Below, one piece after another: positions 39,281-55,784 of a stretch of DNA of 64,000 nt; within the stretch, counting starts at the first letter, position 1, and each line of letters opens with the position of its first letter. Location of the stretch: contig OX597819.1 in NCBI GenBank assembly GCA_951406725.2, positions 130,696,001-130,760,000 on the forward strand. The letters run 5' to 3'. A program made the translations under genes and the position numbers. The DNA comes from Octopus vulgaris. Taxonomy: Eukaryota. The notes beneath the pieces were generated by a model. That model did no database searches. It was not told the origin of the DNA and was given only the letters and a program-made list of their open reading frames with translations.

Positions 39281-40423
39281 TCGCTGTTGCTGTTGTTGCT
39301 ACTGTTGTCGCTACAGCTAATATTGCTTCTGTTGTCCCCCGCTGCTCTGCCGATGTTCTGGATCATCACATTTGCATTTCCATGGCCCAAATATTGGAGC
39401 ATAGATACACGGTTCGGCCTGTTCCTCACAATTTTTAACTTGCCTCTTCGCTCATTGTTCCATTCCAGATTTCAGACAGACACACCCGTAAGTATTCAGC
39501 AGTGGATAGCAAATACTTCTCCCTATGAATCGGATAAGCCTTCTACCAGCTATTGTTTTTTAAGGTAACTGAAGGCTTTCACCATTATTCAGTGAACACA
39601 CATAAGTGACTATCCTCTTTCACATTTCTTGGCAAAGATGCACAGTTTCGTTTCACATTGTTTCGCAAGACTACTTTCTTTTACGCGTGTTGAGTCATGT
39701 CCAGGTGTCCTGTTGAGCTAGTAACACTGATAAAAGTACCAATCGCGAAAAAACTTGGTTTACATTTCTGATTAATATGTATATGTCCCAGGATATACAC
39801 AACGAGCACAAACTGACTCAAACTCGCTCCTACACATGTCAAAATTAAGCAGAGAATACAGCCTGGCAACCACACCAGACTCTGAGGGTGGAGTCTTCGA
39901 CTTGGCCTGAGCATGGACTCAAACCCAAATGAAATGAAATGAATGCCGTTGTAATTGTTATTGTTACGACTAGTAGTTTCGCTCCCATTTTGTGTGTCAA
40001 TATTTTTAATGTCCATCAAATAACTATTTTTATTCCTTTTTTTTTTCTTTCGATTATTGCGTGTTTATGCAATCAATAATATACATTTTTTTTAAATGTG
40101 CTCTATTCATTGGTACTTTTGGGGACGTTCCCGTTTGTTGCTGCAAAGGTAGACGCCATGTTTTGTTATGCGTTTGAAAGCTAGATATAAAAAAATAAAT
40201 ATCTAAAATGAAAAAAAGGCCGACTTTAAAGCCACCCCCACCCCCAGTATGTGGAATGTTCCTCTGGGATTTTCAATAAGGTTCTCTTGTGAAATAATCC
40301 GGAAAGGAATAATTCACATTCATTAACATCGCGATAATAATCCAAAGTCTTCAGAGATGGTAAAAACGCGACTTTCCAAACAACGATGACGACGGCGACG
40401 GAGACAAACAACGTTAACGGCGG

Positions 40424-40461
40424 TGATGACGACGATGATGATGATGATGGTGATGATGATG

Positions 40462-40516
<55 letters not shown>

Positions 40517-40595
40517 CGACGACGATTATGATGACGATGATGATGATGATGAGGAGGAGGATGATGATGTCGATGATGATGATGAGGATGATGAC

Positions 40596-40630
<35 letters not shown>

Positions 40631-40631
40631 C

Positions 40632-40666
<35 letters not shown>

Positions 40667-40724
40667 CGACGACGACGATTATGATGACGATGATGATGAG
40701 GAGGAGGAGGATGATGATGATGTC

Positions 40725-40759
<35 letters not shown>

Positions 40760-40817
40760 CGACGACGATGATGATGATGATGATGATGATGACGATGACG
40801 ATGATGATGACGATGAC

Positions 40818-40849
<32 letters not shown>

Positions 40850-40873
40850 CGATGATGATGATGATGATGATGA

Positions 40874-40906
<33 letters not shown>

Positions 40907-40919
40907 TGATGATGATGAC

Positions 40920-40952
<33 letters not shown>
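40424..40952. repeat. (GAT/GAC/GAG)n trinucleotide array
   Basis: Direct reading; internal block GACGATTATGATGACGATGAT..GAGGAGGAGGATGAT..GTC is duplicated. Confidence 0.95.
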
Positions 40953-40953
<1 letters not shown>

Positions 40954-41697
40954 AAACACTAAGTTGATTGATAAATTAGATAAATAATATTATGTAAAGT
41001 AGTCTCTCGGATAAATGTAGGTTTTTGTCGCCCTAATCAAATATGCGCCGATTGGAAAGCAGTCTTTTGCCTGTTACAATTTAAGAAAACCTACAACAAC
41101 AACAACAACAATAACAAACGAAAATTGTACGCCTTTCTTACTCTCTCTTCACAAGCCATTCTCTTACGACGACCACCACTGCTGACAACAGCAACAACAA
41201 TAACACGATCACCGCCATCGAATCTCAGGTTTATTTCTTGTAGCTAAATATTCCATTATCTCTACGTATTCTATATAAAAAAACAAAAAACAGAAACGGA
41301 AAGTTTCCAGAGAAGTTGGCAGATAATGAAATAATTATTTAAGAAAATCGAAAACTAGACATGCAAACGTACGCAAATCGAAATAGACATACACACACAT
41401 ATGCGTTTTTATGTGTATTTGAGTATATAACACGTACATACATATACGATAGGTGTGTCCGTATATGTATGTGCGTGTATATGTATGTGTGTATGTATGT
41501 ACGTATGTATGTATGTAAGTATGTACGTATGCATGTATGTATGTACGTATCTATGTATGTATGTATGTATGTATGTATGTATGTACGAATGTATGTATGT
41601 ATGTATGTATGTATGTATGTATGTATGTATGTACGAATGTATGTATGTATGTATGTATGTATGTATGTATGTATGTATGGGGGTATGTATGTATATA

Positions 41698-41744
<47 letters not shown>

Positions 41745-42050
41745 GTGTGTGTATGTATGTGTGTATGTATGTGTGTATGTATGTATGTATGTATGTATGG
41801 GGGTATATAAGTATATATATACGTGTATGTGTGTGTGTGTATGTTGCGTGTGTGTATCAGTCAGATGAATCGAAATACGATTTTGTTATTCTCTCGCAAT
41901 TTGTGAGTAAACTTTGTAATATAAAACTACAAACTCTGCCCTCAAACGCGTTGAGTACTTTTTTCAAATGCTACCACCGTCCTACCACTTTCACAATAAC
42001 CATACCTGTGTTGCTATATGTGTGGGCATATACGTATATGTAGGTTTAGG

Positions 42051-42141
<91 letters not shown>

Positions 42142-42322
42142 GGATAGATAGATAGATAGAGAGAGGGGGAGGGGATAGAGAGGGAAGAGTTTTTTTTTCA
42201 GACAACTTGCAGATGTAAGTGCTATCAGTTCGAAACTCCATGTAACAGATGCTAGCAAGCTTATGGGGCCATCAGGAGAGAATGCGCATTGTTTCTGGAC
42301 CTTCAGAAAGACAGACAGACAA

Positions 42323-42391
<69 letters not shown>

Positions 42392-42392
42392 C

Positions 42393-42478
<86 letters not shown>

Positions 42479-42860
42479 GACAAAAATTACTCTGGTAGTT
42501 GAAAAAAATTGGAATGTTTATCACATATGATGCCTGGATGTGAAATAAATATATCCCGTGCATCACATGTGATAGACAGGCGCAAATAGTTGCTGTAGAG
42601 ACATAATTAAATGCCTTATAAACTGTGGTGTTGGTCCCGAGATAGCAAAGGAGGTGCTTTCTCGAAGCGAATACCGCAGTTTGTACGGCTTTCAACGATA
42701 TCTCTGCTTTATGTATGTAACATAGATTGCTATTTTGAACTAATACTGCTTATCTCGCCCATAACGAATATGTTTGTGTGTGTGTGTGTGTGTGAGTATG
42801 TATGTAGATTTATATATATACATGTGTGTATATGAATGTACACATTTTATTATTATTGTA

Positions 42861-42922
<62 letters not shown>

Positions 42923-43210
42923 CATCATCATCATCATCATCATCATCATTATTTCGCTTAGGCATAACGATACTAATAACTTGGTGTTGGATTTCAAAAT
43001 ACATATGCTTCAGAACGGAGCCTCAGTCAAGTACAGAGCAGTAATAAGAAATTACAATGACATGATTATAAGAAATTATGCCCGGAACTTCATTAGCTTA
43101 CAGCTGTTTCTGCTATAAAATGCAATGCACTCATAGTTGAATATTTGTGCTTCATCGGAACTTCAAAACTGCAATTGTATTTGAGAAAGCGTTTACATCT
43201 GTCTGTGTGT

Positions 43211-43300
<90 letters not shown>

Positions 43301-43444
43301 AGAAAAGCATTACCAACGGGAAAAGCATAAATGAATTAAAGCGTAAAATGACGGCGCATGAGGTTCGGCTCAGTCGAGAAGACAGAACAATTCTTAGTCA
43401 AATTGAAATTGCTAAAGGTTAACAGTAAGCGCAACTAGTTGGCC

Positions 43445-44121
43445 TAGAAAAACATAGGCGGCTGACCGGATGGATTCTTAGAACTTTCAGAACAGAGACC
43501 AGGAAACCATGAGGGTCTATCTGGAGGACACTTGTCCTAAAGCCACTTTGACTATTGCTCTCAGTTATGGTCACCATCCAGTGTCAAGTTGATCACAGAA
43601 CGTAGGAGGCGACAACGAAGCTACACAGAAGAAGATAGCCTCTGTGCAGCATATAAGCTACTGAGAAAGACTCAAGAGATTGAGACTCTATTCCTTAGAG
43701 CGTAGGCGAGAAAGATATGCCATAATATACATCTGGAAGATCCTAGAAAGACTTGTCCCAAACTTTGGCATCGAGTTACACAAATGCCAGAACGAGGCCA
43801 CTGCATAGGCCAAGGACTCCAAATTTGCCATCAAGATGTAGGACAAGATACTGTGATAGCCTGGGCTTTCAGGCCCACAGCTCTTCAATATCCTCCCGAA
43901 GAACCTAAGAGACCTGCATGGGGTAGATGCAGATGTCTTTAAAATGAAACTGGATCTCTTCTTGTCAGGTGTCCCAGATGAACCAACTTCACGGCAGGAG
44001 GGGCAGATGAGGGCAGCTGCATCGAACTCTCTCATGCACCAAATGGCAATTGCTAAAAAGCATTCGTGAAGTAAAATCATGTACCAACACCAAATGGCGG
44101 TGCCCCAGCATGGCCACAGCT
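43445..44121 (+). mobile_element. Degenerate 3' fragment of the CR1-type LINE
   Basis: Colinear with 57890-58555, with multiple indels. Confidence 0.9.
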
Positions 44122-44574
44122 AGTGTTGATCGGATCAACCGGAACCCTCGTCGTCGTAACCGACGGAGTGCTTCCATGTACAAATAGTTGTGTGCAACAT
44201 AATTTCTTCAACTTAGAAGGACGACTACAGGTGATCCTCGTGAAATTGATATTATTTTGAGCAACGCAAAGACGAGGATCGCTACTCAAGCCCGTGTTTG
44301 ACCGGGTTGGAAAATATATATAAAATATACATATTTCATTTTTATCTTTGATTTCTTTCATGTCATAAGACAGCAAGTATACTGTGAAGAGATTTGTTGG
44401 TTGAACAAATCGACCCCAGTGCAGGTATCAGCCTGGTGTTTATTCCGTCGGACACTATTTGCCGAACCGCTACTTTGCACACGGCGTAAACAAACAAGCA
44501 ATGGTTGTAAAGCGGCGATGGCGGGCAAGCACAAACATAAAGACGCAATCACACACACAAACAAACACAGAGAA

Positions 44575-44620
<46 letters not shown>

Positions 44621-44716
44621 TGTGCCATTGTCAATAATGATCTGCAGAAGTACTCGATACCAATACACTCAGCAGATGTGTATTAAAGCAGGCCCAGCGC
44701 GACTGCTAAAAAGACG

Positions 44717-45180
<464 letters not shown>

Positions 45181-45182
45181 TG

Positions 45183-45234
<52 letters not shown>

Positions 45235-45476
45235 AGTATGTGTACATATGTATATGTTTTTATGTGTACATATGTATGTGTATGTATGTATAAATATATA
45301 TATATACACACACATATATGTGTGTGTATGTATGTGTGTATATGTATGTATGCATGTGTGTGCACACACATATATACAGATATATATATACATATATATA
45401 TATATTTATGTTTATGTGCATGTATCTGTATATATATATATATGTATAAATATACATACATACATACATACATACA

Positions 45477-45522
<46 letters not shown>

Positions 45523-45638
45523 CATAAATATATGTGAATTTGGTATACATCACAACTGTCCGACGAACCGGAGCGTTGAACTCTGAGCAACAGTTCTGTG
45601 ATAATTTTTCCGCTTTCATAGAAGTATATATATATAAA

Positions 45639-45928
45639 TGACGGAAACTGAAAGAGGCCTGTCGTATATATGTACATATATATATGTGTATATATATATG
45701 TATTTGTGTGTATGTTTGTGTCTGTGTTTGTCCCCCTAGCATTGCTTGACAAACGATGCTGGTGTGTTTACGTCCCCGTCACCTAGCGGTTCGGCAAAAG
45801 AGACCGATAGAATAAGTACTGGGCTTACAAAAGAATAAGTCCCGGGGTCGATTTGCTCGACTAAAAGGCGGTGCTCCAGCATGGCCGCAGTCAAATAACT
45901 GAAACAAGTAAAAGAGAGTAAAAGAGAG
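45639..45928 (+). mobile_element. SINE family A (5'-truncated)
   Basis: Body and tail match 59875-60322. Confidence 0.88.
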
Positions 45929-45972
45929 AATATATATATGTATATGTGTATGTACATATATGTATATATATA

Positions 45973-46057
<85 letters not shown>

Positions 46058-46584
46058 ATATATGTCTTTTTGTGTATGTACCTATATATATATATGGTGG
46101 GGTTGTGAAATTATCCATACAAAAAGTATATCCTGCATTTGAATATCATTGTGTATAATGTGAACACTTATCAAAATTGACAGAAAGAGGATAAAAAATC
46201 TTTGTGCATACGTCTGTGTATCGATGTATATAATACGTATATATATATATACATACATACATACGTATATATATTAATACGCATAAATATATGTAAATAC
46301 ATATGCATATTTATTTGTATTATATAGTATTATATATTTTATATTTTACATATATTAATATGTACATACTCATCCAGTTTTCTGTATATGTAAGTATATA
46401 CACGTGTACAGACATGTGTGCGCACGCACGTGTGTATGTAGACAGATAGATATATATAAGAAGGCACAGAGATAAATACATGGATAGCTAGATACCTTCT
46501 TGCGTACGTACTTACATTCATACATACATGTTTCTATCCATACATACATTCATGCATACATACATATATACATGCATCTAACAG

Positions 46585-46673
<89 letters not shown>

Positions 46674-46807
46674 CAGGGGTGAACCGAGCCGCCGGTCAAT
46701 CGGGCACTGTCCGAAGGCCCGAAGCTCTAAGGGGGCTCGCACTCTACATGTTAAATCAATGCAAAACAGTTGCGCCCGAGAGCCCTTAATACTCTCAGTT
46801 CGCCCCT

Positions 46808-46808
<1 letters not shown>
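46674..46808. mobile_element. 135-bp MITE, hAT-like
   Basis: TIRs CAGGGGTGAACCGAG / CTCAGTTCGCCCCTG; 8-bp flanks GTATGTAT / GTATATAT. Confidence 0.75.
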
Positions 46809-46893
<85 letters not shown>

Positions 46894-47307
46894 CATAAAT
46901 GTATGATTACCTTCATACATACATACAAACATACTTATATATATTCAAATATACATACATGCATACGTAATTATATACAACGCATTGCTGAGTTGTTCGT
47001 ACACAAACAAACGAGCATTCATTGAAGGTTCCAGAAAAAAAAACTCACTCTTTATTACGGAAAAATTCGAAAAGTGCGCATCAAAACCTAGCTATGATAT
47101 ATAAGCTTACATAAAAATTTACAGGTGTGTATGTGTGTGTCTATGTATGTGTACCCACATATGTACATAATATGATATATACACATACCTATACATGTGC
47201 TTGTACATAAATACATAAAAAGATATTATTCACGATCGTGTATACGTACATACATATATTAATATATACATATACATATATTTACAAATATTTATATATA
47301 TATATAC

Positions 47308-47339
<32 letters not shown>

Positions 47340-47347
47340 CTGCGTGC

Positions 47348-47404
<57 letters not shown>

Positions 47405-47449
47405 CATGTATGTATGTAAGTATATACATGTATATATATGTATATATGC

Positions 47450-47484
<35 letters not shown>

Positions 47485-47687
47485 GTTTCATTAGAGCAAG
47501 TTATTTTTCGAAATAGTGTTATGTTGCCTCCATAATAATATTATTTCGTATATACACACACACGCACATATATAGATAGATAGATAGATAAATATATACA
47601 TACATATCCAACACGCAAAACACAAATCAATATATACACATATTTATCCTAATATATAGGTATATAAATGTGTATGTAAATAGATAA

Positions 47688-47720
<33 letters not shown>

Positions 47721-47857
47721 CGTGTGTGTATATATATATATATATATGTATATACATATATATATATATATACATACATACATACATACATACATACATA
47801 CACACGCACACATACACAGATATATTTATCTCTTTATAAGTATTAAGCATAAATACA

Positions 47858-47893
<36 letters not shown>

Positions 47894-47980
47894 GAGTAAG
47901 GATTTAAAAAAAGTCCTTCCCGAACCATAAGCTCTTAAAAGTGGTTTCTGGGACTCTGTAGCTGTCTAGACACACACAAA

Positions 47981-48520
<540 letters not shown>

Positions 48521-48534
48521 AATATATATGACCA

Positions 48535-48904
<370 letters not shown>

Positions 48905-48907
48905 CAT

Positions 48908-49312
48908 ACTCTTTTACTCTTTTCTCTTTTACTTGTTTCAGTCATTTGACTGCGGCCATGCTGGAGCACCGCCTTTAGTCGAGCAAATCGACCCCGGGAC
49001 TTATTCTTTGTAAGCCCAGTACTTATTCTATCAGTCTCTTTTGCCGAACCGCTAAGTGACGGGGACGTAAACACACCAGCATCGTTTGTCAAGCAATGCT
49101 AGGTGGACAAACACACACACATACACATATATATATATATACATATATACGACGGGCTTCTTTCAGTTTCCGTCTACCAAATCCACTCACAAGGCATTGG
49201 TCGGCCCAGGGCTATAGCAGAAGACACTTGCCCAAGATGCCACGCAGTGGGACTGAACCCGGAACCATGTGGTTGGTTAGCAAGCTACTTACCACACAGC
49301 CACTCCTGCCCC
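48908..49312 (-). mobile_element. SINE family A, young copy
   Basis: Nearly identical to the reverse complement of 59875-60322. Confidence 0.93.
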
Positions 49313-49578
49313 TAGATATGTATATTTATTCATTTATACATATTTATTCATTTATATTTTATATGTGCACACCGGCTTTTGGTACACTCAACTATCTATG
49401 AATGCGTATTGGTTTCCACGTATGTATAAGATGTATATATAGGTATGACTACGTATATGGAATTATATAAATTTCTAGAAATTTTCAAATGTATATTTAC
49501 ATTTATGTGTATAAATAGAATATTTAATAATTAATATATATACAAATATACATCTTATATATACATACATAAATATAA

Positions 49579-49618
<40 letters not shown>

Positions 49619-50744
49619 TTAATATACATTAATATAGATTTTGTTTGCGTGTATGTGTGGCTATATACATCTGTATATGGTTATATATGTGTTTGTATGC
49701 AAATACGCTGTGAAACGCATACATTTACTTGCGTCCATAGATTTATATATACATCAACACGCACGTATTTATATACATCTATCCATGTGTATGTATGCAC
49801 GTATGTATATATCTAAGTATGTATGTGTGTATGTATGTATGTATGTATGTATGTATGTATGTATGTATGTATGTATTCGCCTTTTTCCTTGCTTGTTTGT
49901 GTGTGCCTATGTGTTTGTGTTAAAGGATTGTAGTGTATATTTATATACTCATTTAACACCCAACAGTGGTCAGCCATTCACTTCCAGTCTGCGCAGGTTC
50001 GTTTCCTTGAAAAGTTTTTTTTTGGGGGCCCATTAAGTAATTCTAATGCCAAGCCCAAAACCTGAAGGCGACCGCTTAATTTATTGATTGGAGAAGAATG
50101 AGGGACAAATGTGATTTGCAGAGAGTTCGAAAGGCACAAAAACGTACGGCATTTTTCTGAGTCCCACAAATATATATATTACTGTTTACTTTTGTATGTG
50201 AATAAATACAGGGAAAGGGGAGAAAATGGGACAAAACGACAGAGAGAGAAATAAGTATATAATGTATGTGTAAATGTGTATACATGTATTATATATAGCC
50301 CTTTTGTATATATTTCACCGTCTTACTGAGTGATATTCCTTGGTGTGTGTACTATTGCGCATTCAAGCAGCCGTTCAATACACATACAAACGCAAACATA
50401 CACACACGTAATCACTATATATATGTAAAGTATATATGTTGTATGTATACTGTGTATATATATATATATACTTTATATATTGGCCCATATATCTAACAAT
50501 AGCACCACCTATATATATATATATAGCATATATATATATATATATACACCTATATATATATATATATGTATGTATATATGTATATATATATATACTATAT
50601 ATACTGTATTCATATATATATATATATATATATATATACTATATATATATATATATATGCATAATATGCATATTTACATACAGATAGATAGATACATACA
50701 TATATGCATATATGCTTATATATATACATATATATATATGTATG

Positions 50745-50805
<61 letters not shown>

Positions 50806-50901
50806 TATATATGTGTGTGTGTGTAAGGAATCTTGTAATAAGCTGAATAATGATATACGTACATTGACAGACAGGTAGATAGATTTCATAGATATATATA
50901 C

Positions 50902-50938
<37 letters not shown>

Positions 50939-51658
50939 TATATATTGTGTATGCATATCTGTGTGTGTGTGTGTGTGAGCGCATGTGTGTTTAAATACAT
51001 GTATGTAAGTATATATGTACCTAGAAACATAGATATATATATACATATACGTATTTCTGTTCCTCTACGTGTATATGTATACAATTTTGCACATTCAGTA
51101 GGTGCATTGTATGTATATAACTACGCATAGTTGTGCATCTCCATTATATAACAATACTAATGGAGAAAAACTGGTAAGGCAGGATTTTCGTCCTTTGAAG
51201 AATTTCTTCTTCCATATACAGACGCGCGTGAGCGCACGTTTCCGCACGTGTAAGCACGAGCACCCAGAAACACACACAAGCACACACTTTCACATATTTC
51301 TATGTGTATATGTGTATATGCGTAGATGTGTGTGTGTGTATGTATGTATGTGATGTGTGTATGTATGTATGTATGTATGTATGTATGTATGTATGTATGT
51401 ATGTATGTATGTATGCATGCATGTATGTGAATATATAAAATTATGTATGCACACACAATTATGTATACATATATATAAAATTATATATATATTAATAAAT
51501 ATATATATATATATATATATATATTAATATATATATATATTAAAATATATATATTTGTATATATAGACACATATACATATATATCTACCTATATTTATGT
51601 GCGTGTGCATGCATTTACATGCATAGTTATATATATTTATATATATATATAGTTATAC

Positions 51659-51692
<34 letters not shown>

Positions 51693-51779
51693 GTAGGTCC
51701 CAGGTTGATTCGGGGTTAACCACAGTAAGTAAGGTACTCAATACATAGCAGAGTAAAATTAATTTATTATATAGAAGGA

Positions 51780-51828
51780 GCTTCTACAGGACTAGTACTG
51801 TTTCATTCAAGAGAAATCTTCAGGAAGC
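51780..51828 (-). ncRNA. Type-I hammerhead ribozyme
   Basis: AGCTTC-CTGAAGA-TTTCTCTTGAAT-GAA-ACAG/tactagtc/CTGT-A-GAAGCT. Confidence 0.8.
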
Positions 51829-52343
51829 TATTTAACAAGAATTGTATTAGCATTTATACATTTAGGCAGGTTTAAAGGAGTGGTGGTGGGGGACTTTTTG
51901 GGGGTAGGCATAGCGCAAAATATCATACTTGGGGGAGTGGTCAAGGAGTCATTGGTAAGTTAGATGAAAGAATAGATAAATAAAAAAATAAATAAAAAAA
52001 ATAAAAAAAAAAAAAAAATAAAAAAAATAAAAAATAAAAAATAAAAGAATAAAAAAATATATAAAATAAAAAAAAATAAAAAAAAAATAAATAAAATAAA
52101 TAAAATAAAATAAAAATATAAAAAATATAAAAAATATATATAAAAAATATATATATAAAAAATATATATATAAAAATATATATATATAAAAAAAAATATA
52201 TATATATAAAAAAAGGGGGGATAGAGTTATAGGTAAATGAGGAGATTCTCACTTATACCAATGCACACATGTATACGTATCTACACACACATACATACAT
52301 AACATATATATACACACACATATATATACATACATATATATAC

Positions 52344-52376
<33 letters not shown>

Positions 52377-53206
52377 CACACATACATACATATCTACATA
52401 CTCGCATACATACACCCGCCCGCATATACAAATTTATACACATGCACATGCCTATACCTGTCTACACATACACACACGTATATATGCATACACTCACTCC
52501 CATGCATGCACGCATACACACATGTATATATATATATATATATATATACCCACGACCACATATACATATATACACATAAAAAAAGTGGGAGTGAGTGTAT
52601 GCATATATACGTGTGTGTATGTGTAGACAGGTATAGTACATGTGCATGTGTATAAATTTGTATATGTGCAGATATGTATAGTATGTAGATATGTATGTAT
52701 GTGTGTATATATATGTATGTATATATATATATATGTATATATATGTATGTATATATATGTGTGTGTATATATATGTGTATGTATATGTGTGTGTAGATAC
52801 ATATACATGTGTGTATTGGTATAAGTGAGTCTCTCATTTACCTATAACTCTATCCCCCTTTTTTATATATATATTTTTATATATATATATTTTTATATAT
52901 ATATTTTTTATATATATTTTTATATATATATTTTATATTTTATATTTTTATTTTATTTTTATTTATTTTTTATTTTTTTTATTTTTTTATTTTATATATT
53001 TTTATTCTTTTATTTTATTTTTATTTTTTTATTTTTTTATTTTTTTTTTTTATTTATATTTTTTTATTTATCTATTCTTTCATCTAACTTACCAATGACT
53101 CCTTGACCACTCCCCCAAGTATGATATTTTGCTATGCCTACCCCCCCACCACCACTCCTTTAAACCTGCCTAAATGTATAAATGCTAATACAATTCTTGT
53201 TAAATA

Positions 53207-53249
53207 GCTTCCTGAAGATTTCTCTTGAATGAAACAGTACTGTAGAAAC
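53207..53249 (+). ncRNA. Minimal type-I hammerhead with palindromic stem III
   Basis: GCTTC-CTGAAGA-TTTCTCTTGAAT-GAA-ACAGTACTGT-A-GAAAC; one mismatch in stem I. Confidence 0.7.
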
Positions 53250-53448
53250 TCCTTCTATATAAATATATATATATATATATATCTTACATACATACATAAA
53301 TACATACATACACACATATGCATACATCAATGTTATATACCTATAGATACATGGGTAAATAGATGTAATAGATGAATATTTATACATATATTATATATAT
53401 ATAAATATATATATATATATACATGCATATATATATATATGTATATTC

Positions 53449-53480
<32 letters not shown>

Positions 53481-53485
53481 CTGTG

Positions 53486-53531
<46 letters not shown>

Positions 53532-53533
<2 letters not shown>

Positions 53534-53910
53534 CGCAGGTATGATCGTGTGGTAACAAGTTTGCTTTCTGACCATATCATACCGTGTTTAGTCCCACTGC
53601 GTGGCACTTTGAGCCAAGACCCACGAAAGCTTTGTGAGTGAATTTGGTAGACGCAAACTAAGAGGAACCGTCATGTGTGTGTGAGTGTTTGTGTGTGTGC
53701 GCGCATGAGTGTGTGTGTGTTCCCGACTACCACCTGACAACATGTGTCTGTTTGTTTACGTCCCAGGAGCTAGCGGGTCGGCAAAAAATAAAACGATAGA
53801 ATATGTACTCGGCTACAAAAATTACTAGGGTCGATTCGTTTGACTATAAACTTTTCAAGGCGGTGCCCCAGCATGGCTGCAACCCAAGGACTGAAACAAG
53901 TAAACGATAA
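53532..53910 (+). mobile_element. SINE family A, older diverged copy
   Basis: GGCGCAGG head through GGCGGTGCCCCAGCATGG...CTGAAACAAGTAA tail. Confidence 0.8.
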
Positions 53911-54620
53911 AATATATATATACATATACATGTATATACATATACACATATATATATATATGTATATACCTATGTATGTATGTATGTATGTATGTATGTA
54001 TGTATATACGTATGTATGTATGTATTTATGTATAGGTGTGTGCCTTGAGATGCGTGGTCTAGTCGTTAGAGCGTTGTACTCATGACTGTACGACCGAGGT
54101 TTCGATTCCTTCTCCAGGCACCAGTTTTACCTTCGTTCATCCTGCAACAGATTGCCGTTCTGCTCGGTGGAGTGTCTTGTTTCCGCAATCGCTTAGCGTC
54201 ACAGTAACCGAGGCCAACAGCAGCCTAGCGGTCCTGGGCGCTTCAAATAAACTTTCCTCTCAGTATAGGTTTCATATAGACAGATTTGAAAAACTATATT
54301 TGTGTGTGCGTGTACACCTATGTATATATGTATGTACGTATGCATGTATTTACGCATGTATCTATGTATGTGTGTGTATGTTTATGTATGTATGTATTTA
54401 TGTATGTATGTGTGTATGTATGTCACAAAGTTTATAAATGATATGCACACATACACAGAAACACCCACACATACATACACACGCACCTTACACACATATA
54501 TATATATGTGTGTGTATATATTAATGTGATATATATATGTGTGTGTGTATGTATGTACGTATGTATAATTATATATATATTTATGTATGTATGTATGTAT
54601 ATATACATATATATAAATGT

Positions 54621-54654
<34 letters not shown>

Positions 54655-54784
54655 TGATAGATAGACAGACATAGACAGATATGCCTATATATATACATAT
54701 AAATATAAAGATATGTGTGCATAAGTGTGTACAAGTATATATGTATGTGTGCACACCTGTGTATGTATGTATCTATACACGATG

Positions 54785-54938
54785 TCAAATTCCGCCGAGG
54801 TCGACTTTGCCTTTCATCCTTTCGGGGTCGATAAATTAAGTACCAGTTACGCACTGGGGTCGATGTAATCGACTTAATACCTTTGTCTGTCCTTGTTTGT
54901 CCCCTCTGTGTTTAGCCCCTTGTGGGTGGTAAAGAAAT
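54785..54938 (+). mobile_element. SINE family C (5'-truncated)
   Basis: Matches 2037-2190. Confidence 0.9.
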
Positions 54939-55505
54939 ATATACATGATGTCATAAAGCTTCCTATACACACACATACTTGCTTGCGCAAACACACACAC
55001 ACACACGCACACACACACACGCACACACATTAACACGTGTCTATAGACAAGCAGTCCGACTAACAGTAAGACAGGGCGTGAGAAAAATATCGATGTATAG
55101 AAATACATATATATATATATATATATATATGCATAAATATTTAAATATTTAGTACTGTTAAATACAATATTCAATATCACTCAATTTCGCTTGTCACTTC
55201 CAGTTCGATTTGCATGTTTTTTTAACAGTAACATGGGATCAATTTTTTTTCTTTAGCTGTGTGTGCTCGATTGGATGCATGCATGCATGTATGTATGCAT
55301 GTATATACATTTATATGTGTAGTCATGTTTTGTACACTTCCGCTCATTACGACGCAAAAAGACACGCGCTTATATATAGATATATATAATATATATATGT
55401 CTGTAAGCATAGAGAGAGATTTGCTTAAATATATTTTCATAATTCTTATTTTCTTTCTCAGTCGCGTGAATCGATACGCCGGTTTATAATTCATATACCG
55501 ATAGG

Positions 55506-55550
<45 letters not shown>

Positions 55551-55552
<2 letters not shown>

Positions 55553-55715
55553 CGCAGGAGTGGCTGTGTGGTAAGTAGCTTGCTAACCAACCACATGGTT
55601 CTGGGTTCAATCCCACTGTGTGGCATCTTGGGCAAGTGTATTCTGCTACAGCCCCGGGCCGACCAATGCCTTGTGAGTGGATTTGGTAGACGGAAACTGA
55701 AAGAAGCCTGTCGTA

Positions 55716-55784
<69 letters not shown>

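Larger units (their letters stand above)
51692..53262. mobile_element. ~1.5-kb fold-back element with a hammerhead near each outer end (Penelope-like inverted terminus)
   Basis: Left arm ~51765-52501 is the reverse complement of ~52588-53262; ~85-bp spacer; outer flanks are (TA)n. Confidence 0.85.

Noticed and set aside
38430-39730. Complex non-repetitive sequence around the SINE at 38905-39280, possibly exonic or gag-derived
   Set aside because: No sustained ORF or recognisable motif in any frame by eye; needs BLASTX.
40121-40165. NF-kB-like GGGACGTTCCC and YY1-like CGCCATGTT motifs suggesting a promoter
   Set aside because: Short motifs with no associated gene or CpG-rich context.
40386-40962. 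Poly-Asp, poly-Met and poly-His ORFs (could mimic an acidic biomineralisation protein)
   Set aside because: Pure trinucleotide array, open in several frames, with no signal peptide, splice context or unique coding flank.
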